Shown here piece by piece: positions 19,709-29,958 of a DNA stretch of 64,000 bases. A model generated the notes under the pieces. The model did no database searches. It saw nothing but the letters and a program-made list of their open reading frames with translations, and was not told where the DNA came from. This DNA is from an uncultured Jannaschia sp. (GTDB taxonomy: Bacteria > Pseudomonadota > Alphaproteobacteria > Rhodobacterales > Rhodobacteraceae). How positions within the stretch are numbered: position 1 is the stretch's first letter; each line of letters starts with the position of its first letter. The stretch covers positions 28,849 to 92,848 of the forward strand of contig CANLTZ010000018.1 of assembly GCA_947494145.1 (NCBI GenBank). Reading direction: 5' to 3'. The translations under genes and the position numbers were made by a program.

Positions 19709-21583
19709 CTACTCGGCTGGCGTGACACCCAGGCGGTCGCGTAACTCCGCCCGCCAAGTGGCAGCACGTTTGGCAACCAGAGGCGCGCGGACTTCTTGCG
19801 GTGTGGCCATAGCGCCATGGAGGCGGACGCCGGAAAGCCAGGACAACGGCGCGGCGAAAAGCAGGCTCACCATTACGGGAAGCAGCCAGAGCGACACGAA
19901 ACCCGTAGTCATGCCGAGCACCAGGGTCAGCCCCAGCACGGTCTCCAAGGCGTGAAAACGGAAGAGCGTGAGCCAGCTTTGGCGCTGGCCGTCGCGGGCC
20001 TGCGGTGTCCAGTCAAGAGGCCGACCCGAGAGGGCCGAGGCCACGGCAAGGGTCTGTTGCACCATAAGAACCGGGGCATAGGCGATGGAGACCAGTATCT
20101 CGACGGCCAAAGATGTTGCGAAGCGCAATCCCCCGCCCAGCTTGGCAAGCGACACGCCAGAAGCCAACAAAGCCGCGGCGCCGATCAGCTTGGGCGCCAG
20201 CAACAGCGCATAAAGCGTCACCATCAGCCAGATATGGTTCACTGGCGACATTTCGGGCCAGTTGGGCTGAAGCGGGTTGTCGGGCGAAAAGTAGTTGATG
20301 ACGGACTTGTCTTCGGACACGCCGATCACGGCCCAGATTGTCAGAAGCAGGAACCAGAGCGGCGACAGAAGATAGCCCACCGCCCCATGAAACAGGTGGA
20401 AGCGCGACAGCGCGTGGAAGCCGCGCGTGCCCAGCAGGCCCAGATGTTGCAGATTACCCTTGCACCAGCGGCGGTCGCGCAGCACGTGGTCAATGAGCGT
20501 GGGGGGTGTTTCCTCGTAGCTTCCGCGCAGGCGCGGCAAGAAGCGAACGCCCCAGCCCGCACGGCGCAACAGGCCCGCTTCGATGAAATCGTGACTTAGG
20601 ATCAGGTTGTCGCCACCGCGCAGGCCACGCACGCGGGGCAGACCCGCGCTGGAGGCGAAGGCGCGGGTGCGGATGATGGCGTTGTGGCCCCAGTAATTGC
20701 CCTCCCGCCCGGTCCAACGGGCCAACCCTTCGGCGAGGGCCACACCATAGACGGCGTTGGCGAATTGCTGGCTGCGCGCAAACAGGGTGCGCGCCCCGAT
20801 CAGTTGCGGAAAGGATTGGATGAGGCCCGCGCCCGGGTCACGGCCCATTGCGTCGGCCAGGGCACGAATGGCGCCCGCGCTCATCAAGCTGTCAGCGTCG
20901 AGGACGAGCATGGCATCATGGCCGCCGCCCCAATGTTCAACCCATTGCGATAGGTTTCCAACCTTGCGGTCTGTGTTCTGTGCGCGGCGGCGATACCAGA
21001 TATCGGCATCGGGCAGCCGAGCGCGCAAGGCGTCATAGGCAGCCTCTTCCTGTGCGGCGCGGTCGGGATTGCGGGTGTCCGACAAAATATAGAGCGACCA
21101 GCGATGATGCCCCGGCGCACGGGCTAGCCGTTCCAGCATGGCAGCGGCATTGCCGAAGACGTCCCAAGGGGCTTCTTCGTGAACGGGCACGAGAAGGGCC
21201 ACATCCAGCGGGCGCACGGGCCCATCTTCGGGGGCGGCATTGCGCAAAAGCGCGCCGGAGCCTGCAAGCACCGTCACGAAGGTCAACGCGATCCAGAAGA
21301 AGCCCAGACCGATCAGCGCAGCCAACAGACCCTCGGCCCAGGTGGTGCCATCGGTGGCGAACCAGGCAAGAAACCCCCAAAGCAGCGCCACGGTGGCACC
21401 AAAAGCTGGAAGGAAGGTCGCAGCCCGCCAGATGAGCGCGCTATGATCGGTTCGGTGGTCTGGCGCGGCATCATCACGGAAGCCACGAGCCAAGTCCTGG
21501 CGCGGATGGGCCAGCGGCGCATGGGGCGGCATGGAGGCGTTCTGCGGTACGGCCGTCATGACCGGGTCCACCGATAAAGCCAC
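19709..21583 (-). CDS. opgH: Osmoregulated periplasmic glucan glucosyltransferase H
   Basis: GT2 motifs LDADS, NYWGHNAIIR, SHDFIEA, RDRRWCKGNLQH. Confidence 0.9.
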   Translation of the reverse strand: MALSVDPVMTAVPQNASMPPHAPLAHPRQDLARGFRDDAAPDHRTDHSALIWRAATFLPAFGATVALLWGFLAWFATDGTTWAEGLLAALIGLGFFWIALTFVTVLAGSGALLRNAAPEDGPVRPLDVALLVPVHEEAPWDVFGNAAAMLERLARAPGHHRWSLYILSDTRNPDRAAQEEAAYDALRARLPDADIWYRRRAQNTDRKVGNLSQWVEHWGGGHDAMLVLDADSLMSAGAIRALADAMGRDPGAGLIQSFPQLIGARTLFARSQQFANAVYGVALAEGLARWTGREGNYWGHNAIIRTRAFASSAGLPRVRGLRGGDNLILSHDFIEAGLLRRAGWGVRFLPRLRGSYEETPPTLIDHVLRDRRWCKGNLQHLGLLGTRGFHALSRFHLFHGAVGYLLSPLWFLLLTIWAVIGVSEDKSVINYFSPDNPLQPNWPEMSPVNHIWLMVTLYALLLAPKLIGAAALLASGVSLAKLGGGLRFATSLAVEILVSIAYAPVLMVQQTLAVASALSGRPLDWTPQARDGQRQSWLTLFRFHALETVLGLTLVLGMTTGFVSLWLLPVMVSLLFAAPLSWLSGVRLHGAMATPQEVRAPLVAKRAATWRAELRDRLGVTPAE

Positions 21584-23109
21584 ACTTCGGAGACCGCCGC
21601 GCCGTCGCGGAAAATCTGGGCCCGCAGCTCAACGGCGTCGTAATCGCCAGGGTCGAAGGTGAATGCCAGACGCGCGCCCCCTGTTTCCGGGTTGCGCTGA
21701 ATGATGCCTTCGGACGTCTCGGCCCGCGCGGAATTGATGCGGATCGTCAAACCTTCAAGCGCACCGAACCTTTCAGGCACGTCCAGCGCCGGATGTTCGG
21801 CAAAGTCGATAGCTGCCAGCCAGGCATCCTTGTTGAAGTTGAGGCCCATATGGGTGTCGAGCACGCGCGAAACGTCATCACGCCGCGGCGGCGCGGCGCC
21901 GCCGTCTTCGTCGCCCCAGGTCATGCGGTAGGCGAAGCGGTGTTCGCGACCGGGCCGCAGCGGTTCGCGAGGGCGCCAATAGGCGACGATATTGTCGTAG
22001 ATTTCCTTGTCGGACGGAATTTCCACCAGTCGCACGACGCCCGGCCCCCAATCGCCCTCTGGCTCGATCCAGAGGCCGGGGCGTTCGTGGTAATGCGCCT
22101 CCAAGTCGGCGAAGTCCGACAGGCGGCGGGCGCGTTGCATCAGGCCAAAGCCGCGCGGACTGTCATCAACGAAGCTGGAAACCTGAAGCGAAACGGGGTT
22201 GGCCAGCGGACGCCACAGCATCTCACCCGCGCCATTCCAGATGAGCAGGCCGTCATTGTCGTGGATGGCAGGGCGGAAGTCTTTGAAACGGTGACGGTTC
22301 GTCTGATCATACAAGAACATGGAGGTCAGCGGCGCGATGCCCACATGGTCCAGATCGACGCGCGGGAAAAGCGAGGCCTCGACGCGCATTTCGCAGGCCT
22401 CGCCCGGGGTGACCTCGAACCGGTAAGCGCCCGTGACAGACGGGCTATCGAGCAGGGCATGGACAACCATGCGATCATCACCGGGCACCGGTTCTTCGAC
22501 CCAGAAGCGAATGAAATCGGGGAACTCCTCACCTTCCGGGTCACCGGTCCGCAAGGCAAGGCCGCGCGCGGACAAGCCGTAGGCATGGGCGGCCCCAATG
22601 GCGCGGAAGTAGCTGGCACCTTGGAAGACAGCAAATTCGCGGTGCTTCATCTCGCCAGGGAATTGGTGCCGCAGGCGCAGGCCAGAATAGCCCATGGTTT
22701 CATCCACGGGCAGTTGCGGCGCATCTTCGGTGCCGGTGAACAGGTCAAAGTCGAAGGCCAGGCGGTTGGCTTGCCCCGCCGACACGACATCCACCTCCAC
22801 AGCGCGCGGGAAGTAGAGGCCGGGATGGAAGAGATCCATTTCGAATGGCAGGTCTTCTTCCGCCCAAACCGCTTTCTGTGTGTCGAACCAGATCTTGCGA
22901 TATTCGTCGTAGGTCAGATTCATCCACGGCTCAGGCACCGACGGGCGCAACATGAAGTCCTTCACAGACAGCGCGCGCGCCATGTCGCGGACGGTGTCGG
23001 GCCCGAAGGGCTCAGATGACAAAAAGCGGGGCATGGCCGCGCGAGCGGGTGCCGCTAAAAGGGCAAGCGCCGAAGTGCCGGCGGCCAGGAAAGCGCGGCG
23101 TGTGGTCAT
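21556..23109 (-). CDS. opgG: Periplasmic glucan biosynthesis protein G/D family
   Basis: Tat-type TRRAFL leader; FQGASYFRA, YGLSARGLA, EEFPDF, APLTSMF, GFGLMQR, DNIVAYW. Confidence 0.9.
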   Translation of the reverse strand: MTTRRAFLAAGTSALALLAAPARAAMPRFLSSEPFGPDTVRDMARALSVKDFMLRPSVPEPWMNLTYDEYRKIWFDTQKAVWAEEDLPFEMDLFHPGLYFPRAVEVDVVSAGQANRLAFDFDLFTGTEDAPQLPVDETMGYSGLRLRHQFPGEMKHREFAVFQGASYFRAIGAAHAYGLSARGLALRTGDPEGEEFPDFIRFWVEEPVPGDDRMVVHALLDSPSVTGAYRFEVTPGEACEMRVEASLFPRVDLDHVGIAPLTSMFLYDQTNRHRFKDFRPAIHDNDGLLIWNGAGEMLWRPLANPVSLQVSSFVDDSPRGFGLMQRARRLSDFADLEAHYHERPGLWIEPEGDWGPGVVRLVEIPSDKEIYDNIVAYWRPREPLRPGREHRFAYRMTWGDEDGGAAPPRRDDVSRVLDTHMGLNFNKDAWLAAIDFAEHPALDVPERFGALEGLTIRINSARAETSEGIIQRNPETGGARLAFTFDPGDYDAVELRAQIFRDGAAVSEVWLYRWTRS

Positions 23110-24398
23110 CGCTTCGCCCTCCACGGTTGGGATTTGAACCAACCCGCGCCGTAGGCGCAGGCGATCAGCAGGCCGAAGCCCGTCAGGTTGACCAAGGCCC
23201 AGGTAAAACCGTTGCGACCGATCAAATCGAGCAGGTAGCCGTTGACCCGCGCCAGCACCATGGAAAAGACAAAAACCGCGAGGCTTTGCTGGCCGACCTT
23301 CATGACGATGGCAACGAATTCATCCCAGATGCGCGCGGCCAGGCCATGGCCTGCCGCGATCAGGCGATGCCCACCCTCGCCCGCCGCGGCCCAGCACAGA
23401 TAGGCCAGCGCCAGGAAATGGGCATAATGCAGGATGGCGAAGTCGGATTTATCGAACCAGGGCCGATTTGCCTGTCGCCAATCAAAGATGGGATTGCAGC
23501 GCCCGAAGCCGGTCTCGGTACAGCCCGTCAAGCCAATATAGATATCTCGCACGAAATCTGTCTGGAACATCCGGAACCCGACCGATGACAGCAGGAAGCT
23601 GACGAGCACGACCGCCAGCGAAAGCCCGATGAGCCAGGGACGCACAGGGGGGGCGGGAATCCAGCCGCGCATGAAGGCGAAACCGGTGAAGAAAAGGAGC
23701 TGCCAGCCGAAAGGATTGAAAAACCAAGTGCGGTCCGACCATGGCTCGGCCGGGAAAGCCAGATGCAGATGGCCCAAGCCCAGCCATTCCAGGAAAGCTT
23801 CCTGTGCGAAGAGCCAGATGGTGACGCTGAGAGCAGCCAAAGCGGGCAACGAGACCCGGGCGACGGCCACATAAAGCGGCATCAGCACCAGCACGACCAT
23901 ATACATCGGCAAGATGTCGAAATAGTTGGGCACATAGGTGAGCGTCATCAGCCCCACGATCTGCGTTGCAGGGTCCGAAAAAAAGCGCGTCAGGTTGAGC
24001 GTGCCGATATAGACTTTCTCATGCACAGCCCAACTGTCGACCAAGGCCAAAAGCATGGCGATAGCCAGGAACATGCAGATATGGGCCCAGTAGATTTGCC
24101 AAACCCGGAAACCCACGCGCGAGGCTCCCATCGTCCAACCCATGCGGTCAAAACTGCGCCCAAACGCGATGGCAGAAGCCATGCCCGAACAAAAGACGAA
24201 GATTTCGGTGGCATCGGAAAAGCCGAAGCGCGCGGGGATCCACAGCGTCCAGGCATTCCCGGGGGTATGGGCCAGCAGGATGATAAACATCGCCAACCCC
24301 CGAAAGAAATCCAACCGGGGGTCTCGCACGGTCGCGCTCGCCTGCGCCGTCATTGGCGCTGGGCGGGCGAAAGCTGCATCGGGGGATGTGACACTCAT
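23106..24398 (-). CDS. opgC: OpgC-family glucan succinyltransferase
   Basis: RDPRLDFFRGLA, GFSDATEIFVFCSG, FDILPMY, FNPFGWQLLF. Confidence 0.88.
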   Translation of the reverse strand: MSVTSPDAAFARPAPMTAQASATVRDPRLDFFRGLAMFIILLAHTPGNAWTLWIPARFGFSDATEIFVFCSGMASAIAFGRSFDRMGWTMGASRVGFRVWQIYWAHICMFLAIAMLLALVDSWAVHEKVYIGTLNLTRFFSDPATQIVGLMTLTYVPNYFDILPMYMVVLVLMPLYVAVARVSLPALAALSVTIWLFAQEAFLEWLGLGHLHLAFPAEPWSDRTWFFNPFGWQLLFFTGFAFMRGWIPAPPVRPWLIGLSLAVVLVSFLLSSVGFRMFQTDFVRDIYIGLTGCTETGFGRCNPIFDWRQANRPWFDKSDFAILHYAHFLALAYLCWAAAGEGGHRLIAAGHGLAARIWDEFVAIVMKVGQQSLAVFVFSMVLARVNGYLLDLIGRNGFTWALVNLTGFGLLIACAYGAGWFKSQPWRAKR

Positions 24399-24430
24399 AC
24401 GGTTGATTCTGCGGTTGCTCGGACCGTCAA

Positions 24431-25795
24431 TTAACCTGTTGCACCTTGCGAACAAGTACCATCGGAGGCCTGAGCAATCATTTGCCGCCGCACCGCAGCG
24501 TAGTGATCCTCATGGCCGCCACGGCGGCGGGTCCGGTCGGCAAGAAGGGCCTCGACCTCGGCGAAGCGACCGGCGCGCAGGCCAGCATCGATCGTGAGCC
24601 GCTCAAACACGTCACGTTGGGCGTGGCTGCCCCCCGCGTTTTGCATTTCAGGCCGAGCCCGGGTGAGCGAAGTAAACGCCTGGCCATAATTGCCATCACC
24701 GAAGGCTTCGAGCCCAAGGGCCGCATCCAAACCGGGCCGAGCCATACGCGCCGAGACGTCGCAATCGGCGCGCTGCGCATCGGCCGCGATCCGGCGCAGA
24801 AGGCGCGCGGTGGCATCGTCCCGTTCTTCGTGTGTAAGGGCCAAGAGATAATGAAGGTCGGCGAAGATCAGGCAACCGTCCTGCGTGCGCTGTTCGGACA
24901 GGTCAGCCAGCTCTTCCCAGCGGGCGCCCACATCGACGCCCTCCAATTCCAACCGGCTCAACAGCGACGTGGCGTTGGAGATGTCGCGGTAATCGTCGGT
25001 CTTCTCCGCACGAATTTCCGTGTCGTAGAGGGCAAGCGCCTCATCCATCCGGCCAAGCTCAAGCAGCATAAGCGCCTTGTGCCACCAAACGTGGAAGCGG
25101 AAATTGTTGCAATGCGACCAAGCGGCTTCGCGGCCATGAAGCCAATTGAGTCCCCCTTCCGCATCGGCAGTCATGTCGTGGACATGGGCCACGGCATGTA
25201 GGCCCCAGGCATCGTCAGGCGCCAGTGTCAGCGCAGCCCGGCCCGTCAGGGCAGCGCGGGCATAGTCGCCAGTTTCTTCCAGCGCGAAAGCGTGGCAGCC
25301 CAGAAGGTAGCCCCGGCCCGCATGGTCTGCCGCGTAATGGGGCAGCACATTCTCGATAGAGCTGCGCATCCCGTCACTGTCGCCGATCACGAAGCGCAGC
25401 GCGTGGCTAAGCTTCATGGCGAGCGTATCAGTGGGCGCGGTCGCCAGGACATCTTCGAGCGTCTCAATGGCCACACCGGGCTGGCCGGACAGTACATTGC
25501 GAAGCGCGGCGATGAGCGCGCGTTCGCGACCATTTGCGCCCTCCATGTGCGCCTCGGACGCGGCGAGTGCCTGTCGCGCTTCATCCATCAATTCGCGGCG
25601 GCCAAGAAGCGCGTAAAACAGCCCCTTCACCGCATAGGCAGCGGCATAGTCGGGGGCCAGTTCAAGAAGGCGGCCAAGATGTTGGGGCGTTGCCGCGCCA
25701 TGGGCCAGAAAGGCGCCAACCATACCATCCCATTCGGCAATGGCGGCCTGATCCGACAAGGTGACGGGCTGGTCGAAACGGTCGGTTCGGGTCAT
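24431..25795 (-). CDS. TTC38-like tetratricopeptide repeat protein
   Basis: HAFALEE, DAWGLHAVAHV, HVWWHKAL, GGSHAQRDVF motifs. Confidence 0.7.
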   Translation of the reverse strand: MTRTDRFDQPVTLSDQAAIAEWDGMVGAFLAHGAATPQHLGRLLELAPDYAAAYAVKGLFYALLGRRELMDEARQALAASEAHMEGANGRERALIAALRNVLSGQPGVAIETLEDVLATAPTDTLAMKLSHALRFVIGDSDGMRSSIENVLPHYAADHAGRGYLLGCHAFALEETGDYARAALTGRAALTLAPDDAWGLHAVAHVHDMTADAEGGLNWLHGREAAWSHCNNFRFHVWWHKALMLLELGRMDEALALYDTEIRAEKTDDYRDISNATSLLSRLELEGVDVGARWEELADLSEQRTQDGCLIFADLHYLLALTHEERDDATARLLRRIAADAQRADCDVSARMARPGLDAALGLEAFGDGNYGQAFTSLTRARPEMQNAGGSHAQRDVFERLTIDAGLRAGRFAEVEALLADRTRRRGGHEDHYAAVRRQMIAQASDGTCSQGATG

Positions 25796-25951
25796 GTACG
25801 GCTCCGGTTGTGCACGTGTTAAGAGTCGCACAACGCTTACCGATGCGACCTTTGCTATCCTATAGCGTGGGGTCGGTGCTGACGGATACGTGAGTGGACG
25901 TCAGCGTCAGGTGAGCAAGTTTCCGAACGTCGCGTGCCGGTTTCCGCCGAC

Positions 25952-27133
25952 TCACCCATCTTCAAAGGGGTCCGACCGCGACAGACGGTCGCTGTCTGCC
26001 CCGAACCGGGGCGGCGGGTGCCTGTACGTAACCGGCGTTGCTGAAAGCTTAAGCGGATTGCCGATGAGCGGCAGGGTCAGTCCATCGGCCTGCATGTCGA
26101 TGGCCATATCGCGGGCGGCCACTTGGTCGGAAGCGAAAACCTCGGGCAAGGTTTGAACCGGGCCTACGGGGACGCGGGCGCCTTCCAGTGCGGCGATGAC
26201 CTGCGCGGTGGTCTTCGCAGCGATGGCCGGTTCCAGCACGTCCGCCAGAGCGTCACGGTTTTCGAGCCGCGCGGGATTGGTTGCAAAGCGCGGATCGTCC
26301 GGGGGGGCCGTTATATCAAGAACGTCGCAGAAGCGCCTGAATTGACTGTCATTCCCTACGGCCACGATGACATGACCATCGGCGGTGGCATAAACGCCGT
26401 AAGGCACGATGTTGGGATGGCCATTGCCGCGTCGGATGGGGGTCTGGCCGCTCAGCCGCGTATTCACGCCTTCATTAATCGTCCACGCGATCTGACTGTC
26501 GACGAGCGCAACTTCGACCTGCTGTCCTTCACCCGTGGCTTCCGCGTGCCGAAGCGCGGCCAGAAGACCCACACAGGCATACATGCCGCACATCACGTCG
26601 GCGATGCCAACGCCCACTTTCATGGGCGCGCCATCGGGGTCGCCGGTAATGGACATGATCCCACCATAGCCCTGCGCCATGAGGTCATAGCCCGGCTTGG
26701 ACGCGTTGGGCCCGGTTTGGCCGAAGCCCGAGATTGAGCCATAGACCAGCTTGGGATTCACCGCGCGCAGGCTGCTGTAGTCCAGGCCGTACTTAGCGAG
26801 ACCCCCGGGCTTGAAGTTTTCCAGCAGGACATCGGCCAAAGCCGCGAGCCGCCGGACCTCCGCCTGGCCATCGGGCGACGCGATATCGATGGCCACCGAC
26901 AACTTATTGCGGTTCGCGCACATGAAATAAGCCGACAAATCCGTATCTTCTGCGCCATCCTTCACGTAGGGCGGGCCCCATTGGCGGGTGTCATCGCCCG
27001 CGGTGGCGGGATTTTCGACCTTCAGCACGGTGGCGCCCAGATCGCCAAGCAGTTGGGTACAGGTGGGCCCTGCCAAGATCCGGCTCAGGTCAAGGACGCG
27101 CAGCCCCGCCAAAGGGCCTTCAGATCCGGCCAT
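25952..27133 (-). CDS. Class III (CaiB/BaiF) CoA-transferase
   Basis: VLDLSRILAGP, GDDTRQWGPP, NRNKLS, ENFKPG, SISGFGQTGP, GYDL. Confidence 0.88.
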   Translation of the reverse strand: MAGSEGPLAGLRVLDLSRILAGPTCTQLLGDLGATVLKVENPATAGDDTRQWGPPYVKDGAEDTDLSAYFMCANRNKLSVAIDIASPDGQAEVRRLAALADVLLENFKPGGLAKYGLDYSSLRAVNPKLVYGSISGFGQTGPNASKPGYDLMAQGYGGIMSITGDPDGAPMKVGVGIADVMCGMYACVGLLAALRHAEATGEGQQVEVALVDSQIAWTINEGVNTRLSGQTPIRRGNGHPNIVPYGVYATADGHVIVAVGNDSQFRRFCDVLDITAPPDDPRFATNPARLENRDALADVLEPAIAAKTTAQVIAALEGARVPVGPVQTLPEVFASDQVAARDMAIDMQADGLTLPLIGNPLKLSATPVTYRHPPPRFGADSDRLSRSDPFEDG

Positions 27134-28727
27134 CGTAAGCTCTCCGATCGATTTCACAGGCGATGAGGGTGAATGTATCGGCGTCTTGGGCTTCCACCAG
27201 CGCCGCGCGAAGCGCTGCACGGTCCGCCACGGTGACACCGTTGCCGCCGAACGCGCGGGCGATAGCTGCGTGGTCGGTGGCCCCGAAATCCACGCCCGCA
27301 TTGGCCATCTGGCGCTGGCGCTGTTTCATTTCGATAAGGGCCAGGCTGCGGTCGACGAAGACCACGAAGATCACCGGCAGGCCCAGGGCCGCGGCGGAGG
27401 CCAACTCCCCCGCGACCATCAAGAAGCCCGCATCGCCCATGAAGCCGACCACCGCGCGATCCGGTGCCGCGCGTTTCGCGCCAATGGCCAGCGGCAGGGC
27501 GCAGCCCATGGTGCAAAGGCCGGACGATTGCAGCAGCGTGCGGGGCGCGTCACATTCCCATTGCTGGCTGAGCAGGATGCGATGCGCGCCACTATCGGCG
27601 GTGGCGATTGTCCGGGGCGGGAGGACATCGCGGCAAACCTCCACTACGGAACCGGGTCCCCAATCTTCGGCGGCGAAGTCGGCACGTAGGGCGGCGCGCC
27701 GATCAGAGACATTCCACCGGTCACGCGGGGCCACGTCTTGCAGCGCCGCGAGCGTGTCACCCACATGGGCCACCACCTCTAGCGTGGCGCTATGCATCCC
27801 ATGGGTGTTGGCGTCATGGGCAATGTCGAGGACATTCTGGCTGGCCGGATCCCAGACATCGCGCCAGCCGGTGCGCATCTCAATCGGGTCATAACCTGCC
27901 AGCAGGATAAGGTCAGCCTCCCGGAAAAGGGGCAGCAGATGGGTGTCGGCCTTGGGCGACAGCCCTGCCCCCCCAAGCGCAAGCGAGTGGTCTTCGGGCA
28001 GCAACCCCTTGCCCTTGTAGGTGGTCACAAGGGGGATATTGTGGGCCTCGCACAAAGCGCGGATTTGGGGTCCAGCCTCGTCCCGAACAGCGTCGAGACC
28101 CGCCAGCATGATCGGGCGCTCGGACGTGGAGAGCCAGTCGCGGGCGGTCGCCAGCGCCTTCGCCCCGATGGCGGCGGATGCCGCAGGCGGGCGCGCGACT
28201 CGCACGGGCGCGACGGACGCATCGGCGACAGAAATCGGGACATCCACCAAGACGGGGCCGCAGCGCCCGCCCGCCTGCCCCATGGCGATGCGCACGGCCT
28301 TGTCGGCTTGAACGGCGGCGGCGTTGGGCGTCAATGTGAAGGTGGCTTTGGTGATGGGCGTGAAGACCGCGCGATGGTCCAGAACCTGGTGTGTATAGGT
28401 CTCCGCTTCATCGGCATCGACGCAGCCAGTCAGGACGATCATGGGCACCCGGTCTTGATCGGCATTGGCCACCACATTCACGCCATTCATGGCGCCCGGG
28501 CCTACGGTGGCCACCAGAACGGCAGGGGCACCGTCCACGTGGTGGGCACCTTCGGCCATGAAACCCGCGGCGTTTTCATGGTGGCACAGAATGAAGGTGA
28601 TCCCCGCGCGTTCAAGCGCATCCACCAGGGTCAGGACTTCACCCCCTGGCATGCCGAAGGCACGGCGGCATCCGGCGAGGTAGAGGCGTTGGGCGAGGGC
28701 GTCGGCGGCGCGAATGGAAGCGGTCAT
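27120..28727 (-). CDS. Thiamine-diphosphate-dependent enzyme (acetolactate synthase/decarboxylase-like)
   Basis: FGMPGGE, HENAAGFMAEG, GPGAMN, TMGCALP, GDAGF TPP-binding motif. Confidence 0.85.
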   Translation of the reverse strand: MTASIRAADALAQRLYLAGCRRAFGMPGGEVLTLVDALERAGITFILCHHENAAGFMAEGAHHVDGAPAVLVATVGPGAMNGVNVVANADQDRVPMIVLTGCVDADEAETYTHQVLDHRAVFTPITKATFTLTPNAAAVQADKAVRIAMGQAGGRCGPVLVDVPISVADASVAPVRVARPPAASAAIGAKALATARDWLSTSERPIMLAGLDAVRDEAGPQIRALCEAHNIPLVTTYKGKGLLPEDHSLALGGAGLSPKADTHLLPLFREADLILLAGYDPIEMRTGWRDVWDPASQNVLDIAHDANTHGMHSATLEVVAHVGDTLAALQDVAPRDRWNVSDRRAALRADFAAEDWGPGSVVEVCRDVLPPRTIATADSGAHRILLSQQWECDAPRTLLQSSGLCTMGCALPLAIGAKRAAPDRAVVGFMGDAGFLMVAGELASAAALGLPVIFVVFVDRSLALIEMKQRQRQMANAGVDFGATDHAAIARAFGGNGVTVADRAALRAALVEAQDADTFTLIACEIDRRAYDGRI

Positions 28728-29863
28728 TCCGCCGCAATAGCACCCGCGCGGTCGGCGTCAAAGGCGGCGGGGCGCTGCGGCAGCTTCTGGCCCAGGACAT
28801 GGGCAGCGATCTGGTTGCGCAATACTTGGGCGGTGCCACCGCCGATGGTGAACATGCGCACGTCGCGGTACATCCGCTCCAACGGGTGGGCATCGGAATA
28901 GCCCGCGGCACCAAAGCATTGCAGCGCGCGGTCGACCACGCGCACAGCCGTTTCCGACGCCAGAAGCTTGGCGCGGGCCGCTTTGGTGCGGTCGGGCAAA
29001 GCGCCGGAGGCGGCGGCGTCCTGCAACAGCAGCCGCGCAGCGGCCAATTCGGTATCCATATCGGCCAGCATCCATTGCAGGCCCTGGAACTCGGCCAGTG
29101 GGCGGTCGAACTGGCGGCGCTTGAGAAGGTGGTCACGGGCAAGGTTCGCGGCTTGGGCCGCGACACCCAAGGCAATCGTGCCCGCTCCGATGCGCTGGAC
29201 ATTATAGGCCGCCATGAGATCGCCGAAATCTGCATCCAGTAGCGCGGTTTCAGGAACGAAGTGATGGTCGAAATGCAGTTCCGCCTCGGGCATGCCGCAA
29301 AGGCCCATGGTGCGTTCCAACCGCGCCACGCGCAGCCCCTCGCCCCCTTCGGTCAGAAAGCCGCGAATGCCGTCTTCGGTCTGGGCAAAAACCAAGTGCA
29401 GGCGGGAGACGCCGCCGCCTGTGATCCAGTGTTTGACGCCATCGATGCGCCAACCGCCGGGCACGCGGTGTGAGCGGGTCGTCATCGCCCGCGCGTCCGA
29501 GCCCGCGCCAGGTTCGGTGATGCAAATAGCGGGCTTGTCGCCGGCGCGCACGAGCTGAGACCAGCGGGCCTTCTGCGCGGGTGTGCCATAGGCCATCACC
29601 GCCGAAAGCGCACCCATATTGCCTTCCACCAGAATCCGGCCGGTCAACGTGCAGGCGCCGGATATGGCCTCAATTGCCGGAAGCAAGTCGGCCAGGCTGG
29701 CCCCTGCGCCGCCAAAGTCCTTTGGGATGGTCGCCCCCATAAGGCCCGCGCGGACCAGGTCGGCCACATTGTCTTCGGGATAGATGCGTGTCTGGTCCCA
29801 ATGGTCGGCGCGGGCAGCGAAACCAGGCGCAATAGCGGCCGCGCGGGCGACGAGATTGGGCAT
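28724..29863 (-). CDS. acdA: 3-sulfinopropionyl-CoA desulfinase-like acyl-CoA dehydrogenase family protein
   Basis: GRILVEGNMGA, AGDKPAICITEP, WITGGGVSRLHL, AYNVQRIGAG, MFTIGGGTAQ match recalled motifs of Advenella Acd(DPN7); the usual ACAD catalytic Glu is absent at both canonical positions. Confidence 0.72.
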   Translation of the reverse strand: MPNLVARAAAIAPGFAARADHWDQTRIYPEDNVADLVRAGLMGATIPKDFGGAGASLADLLPAIEAISGACTLTGRILVEGNMGALSAVMAYGTPAQKARWSQLVRAGDKPAICITEPGAGSDARAMTTRSHRVPGGWRIDGVKHWITGGGVSRLHLVFAQTEDGIRGFLTEGGEGLRVARLERTMGLCGMPEAELHFDHHFVPETALLDADFGDLMAAYNVQRIGAGTIALGVAAQAANLARDHLLKRRQFDRPLAEFQGLQWMLADMDTELAAARLLLQDAAASGALPDRTKAARAKLLASETAVRVVDRALQCFGAAGYSDAHPLERMYRDVRMFTIGGGTAQVLRNQIAAHVLGQKLPQRPAAFDADRAGAIAAE

Positions 29864-29958
29864 TGCAACAGCTCTCCTACAAGGTGAATGCAACCTGAAG
29901 GGGTGACAGCTTCAGGTCCATCGAATTAAGTTGGATCGTAACTTCAGGATAACTGAAT

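Noticed and set aside
27120-28727. Sulfoacetaldehyde acetyltransferase (Xsc) or biosynthetic ilvB
   Set aside because: Lacks the Xsc N-terminus as I recall it and has no pta, taurine or ilvH neighbours; left as a generic TPP enzyme
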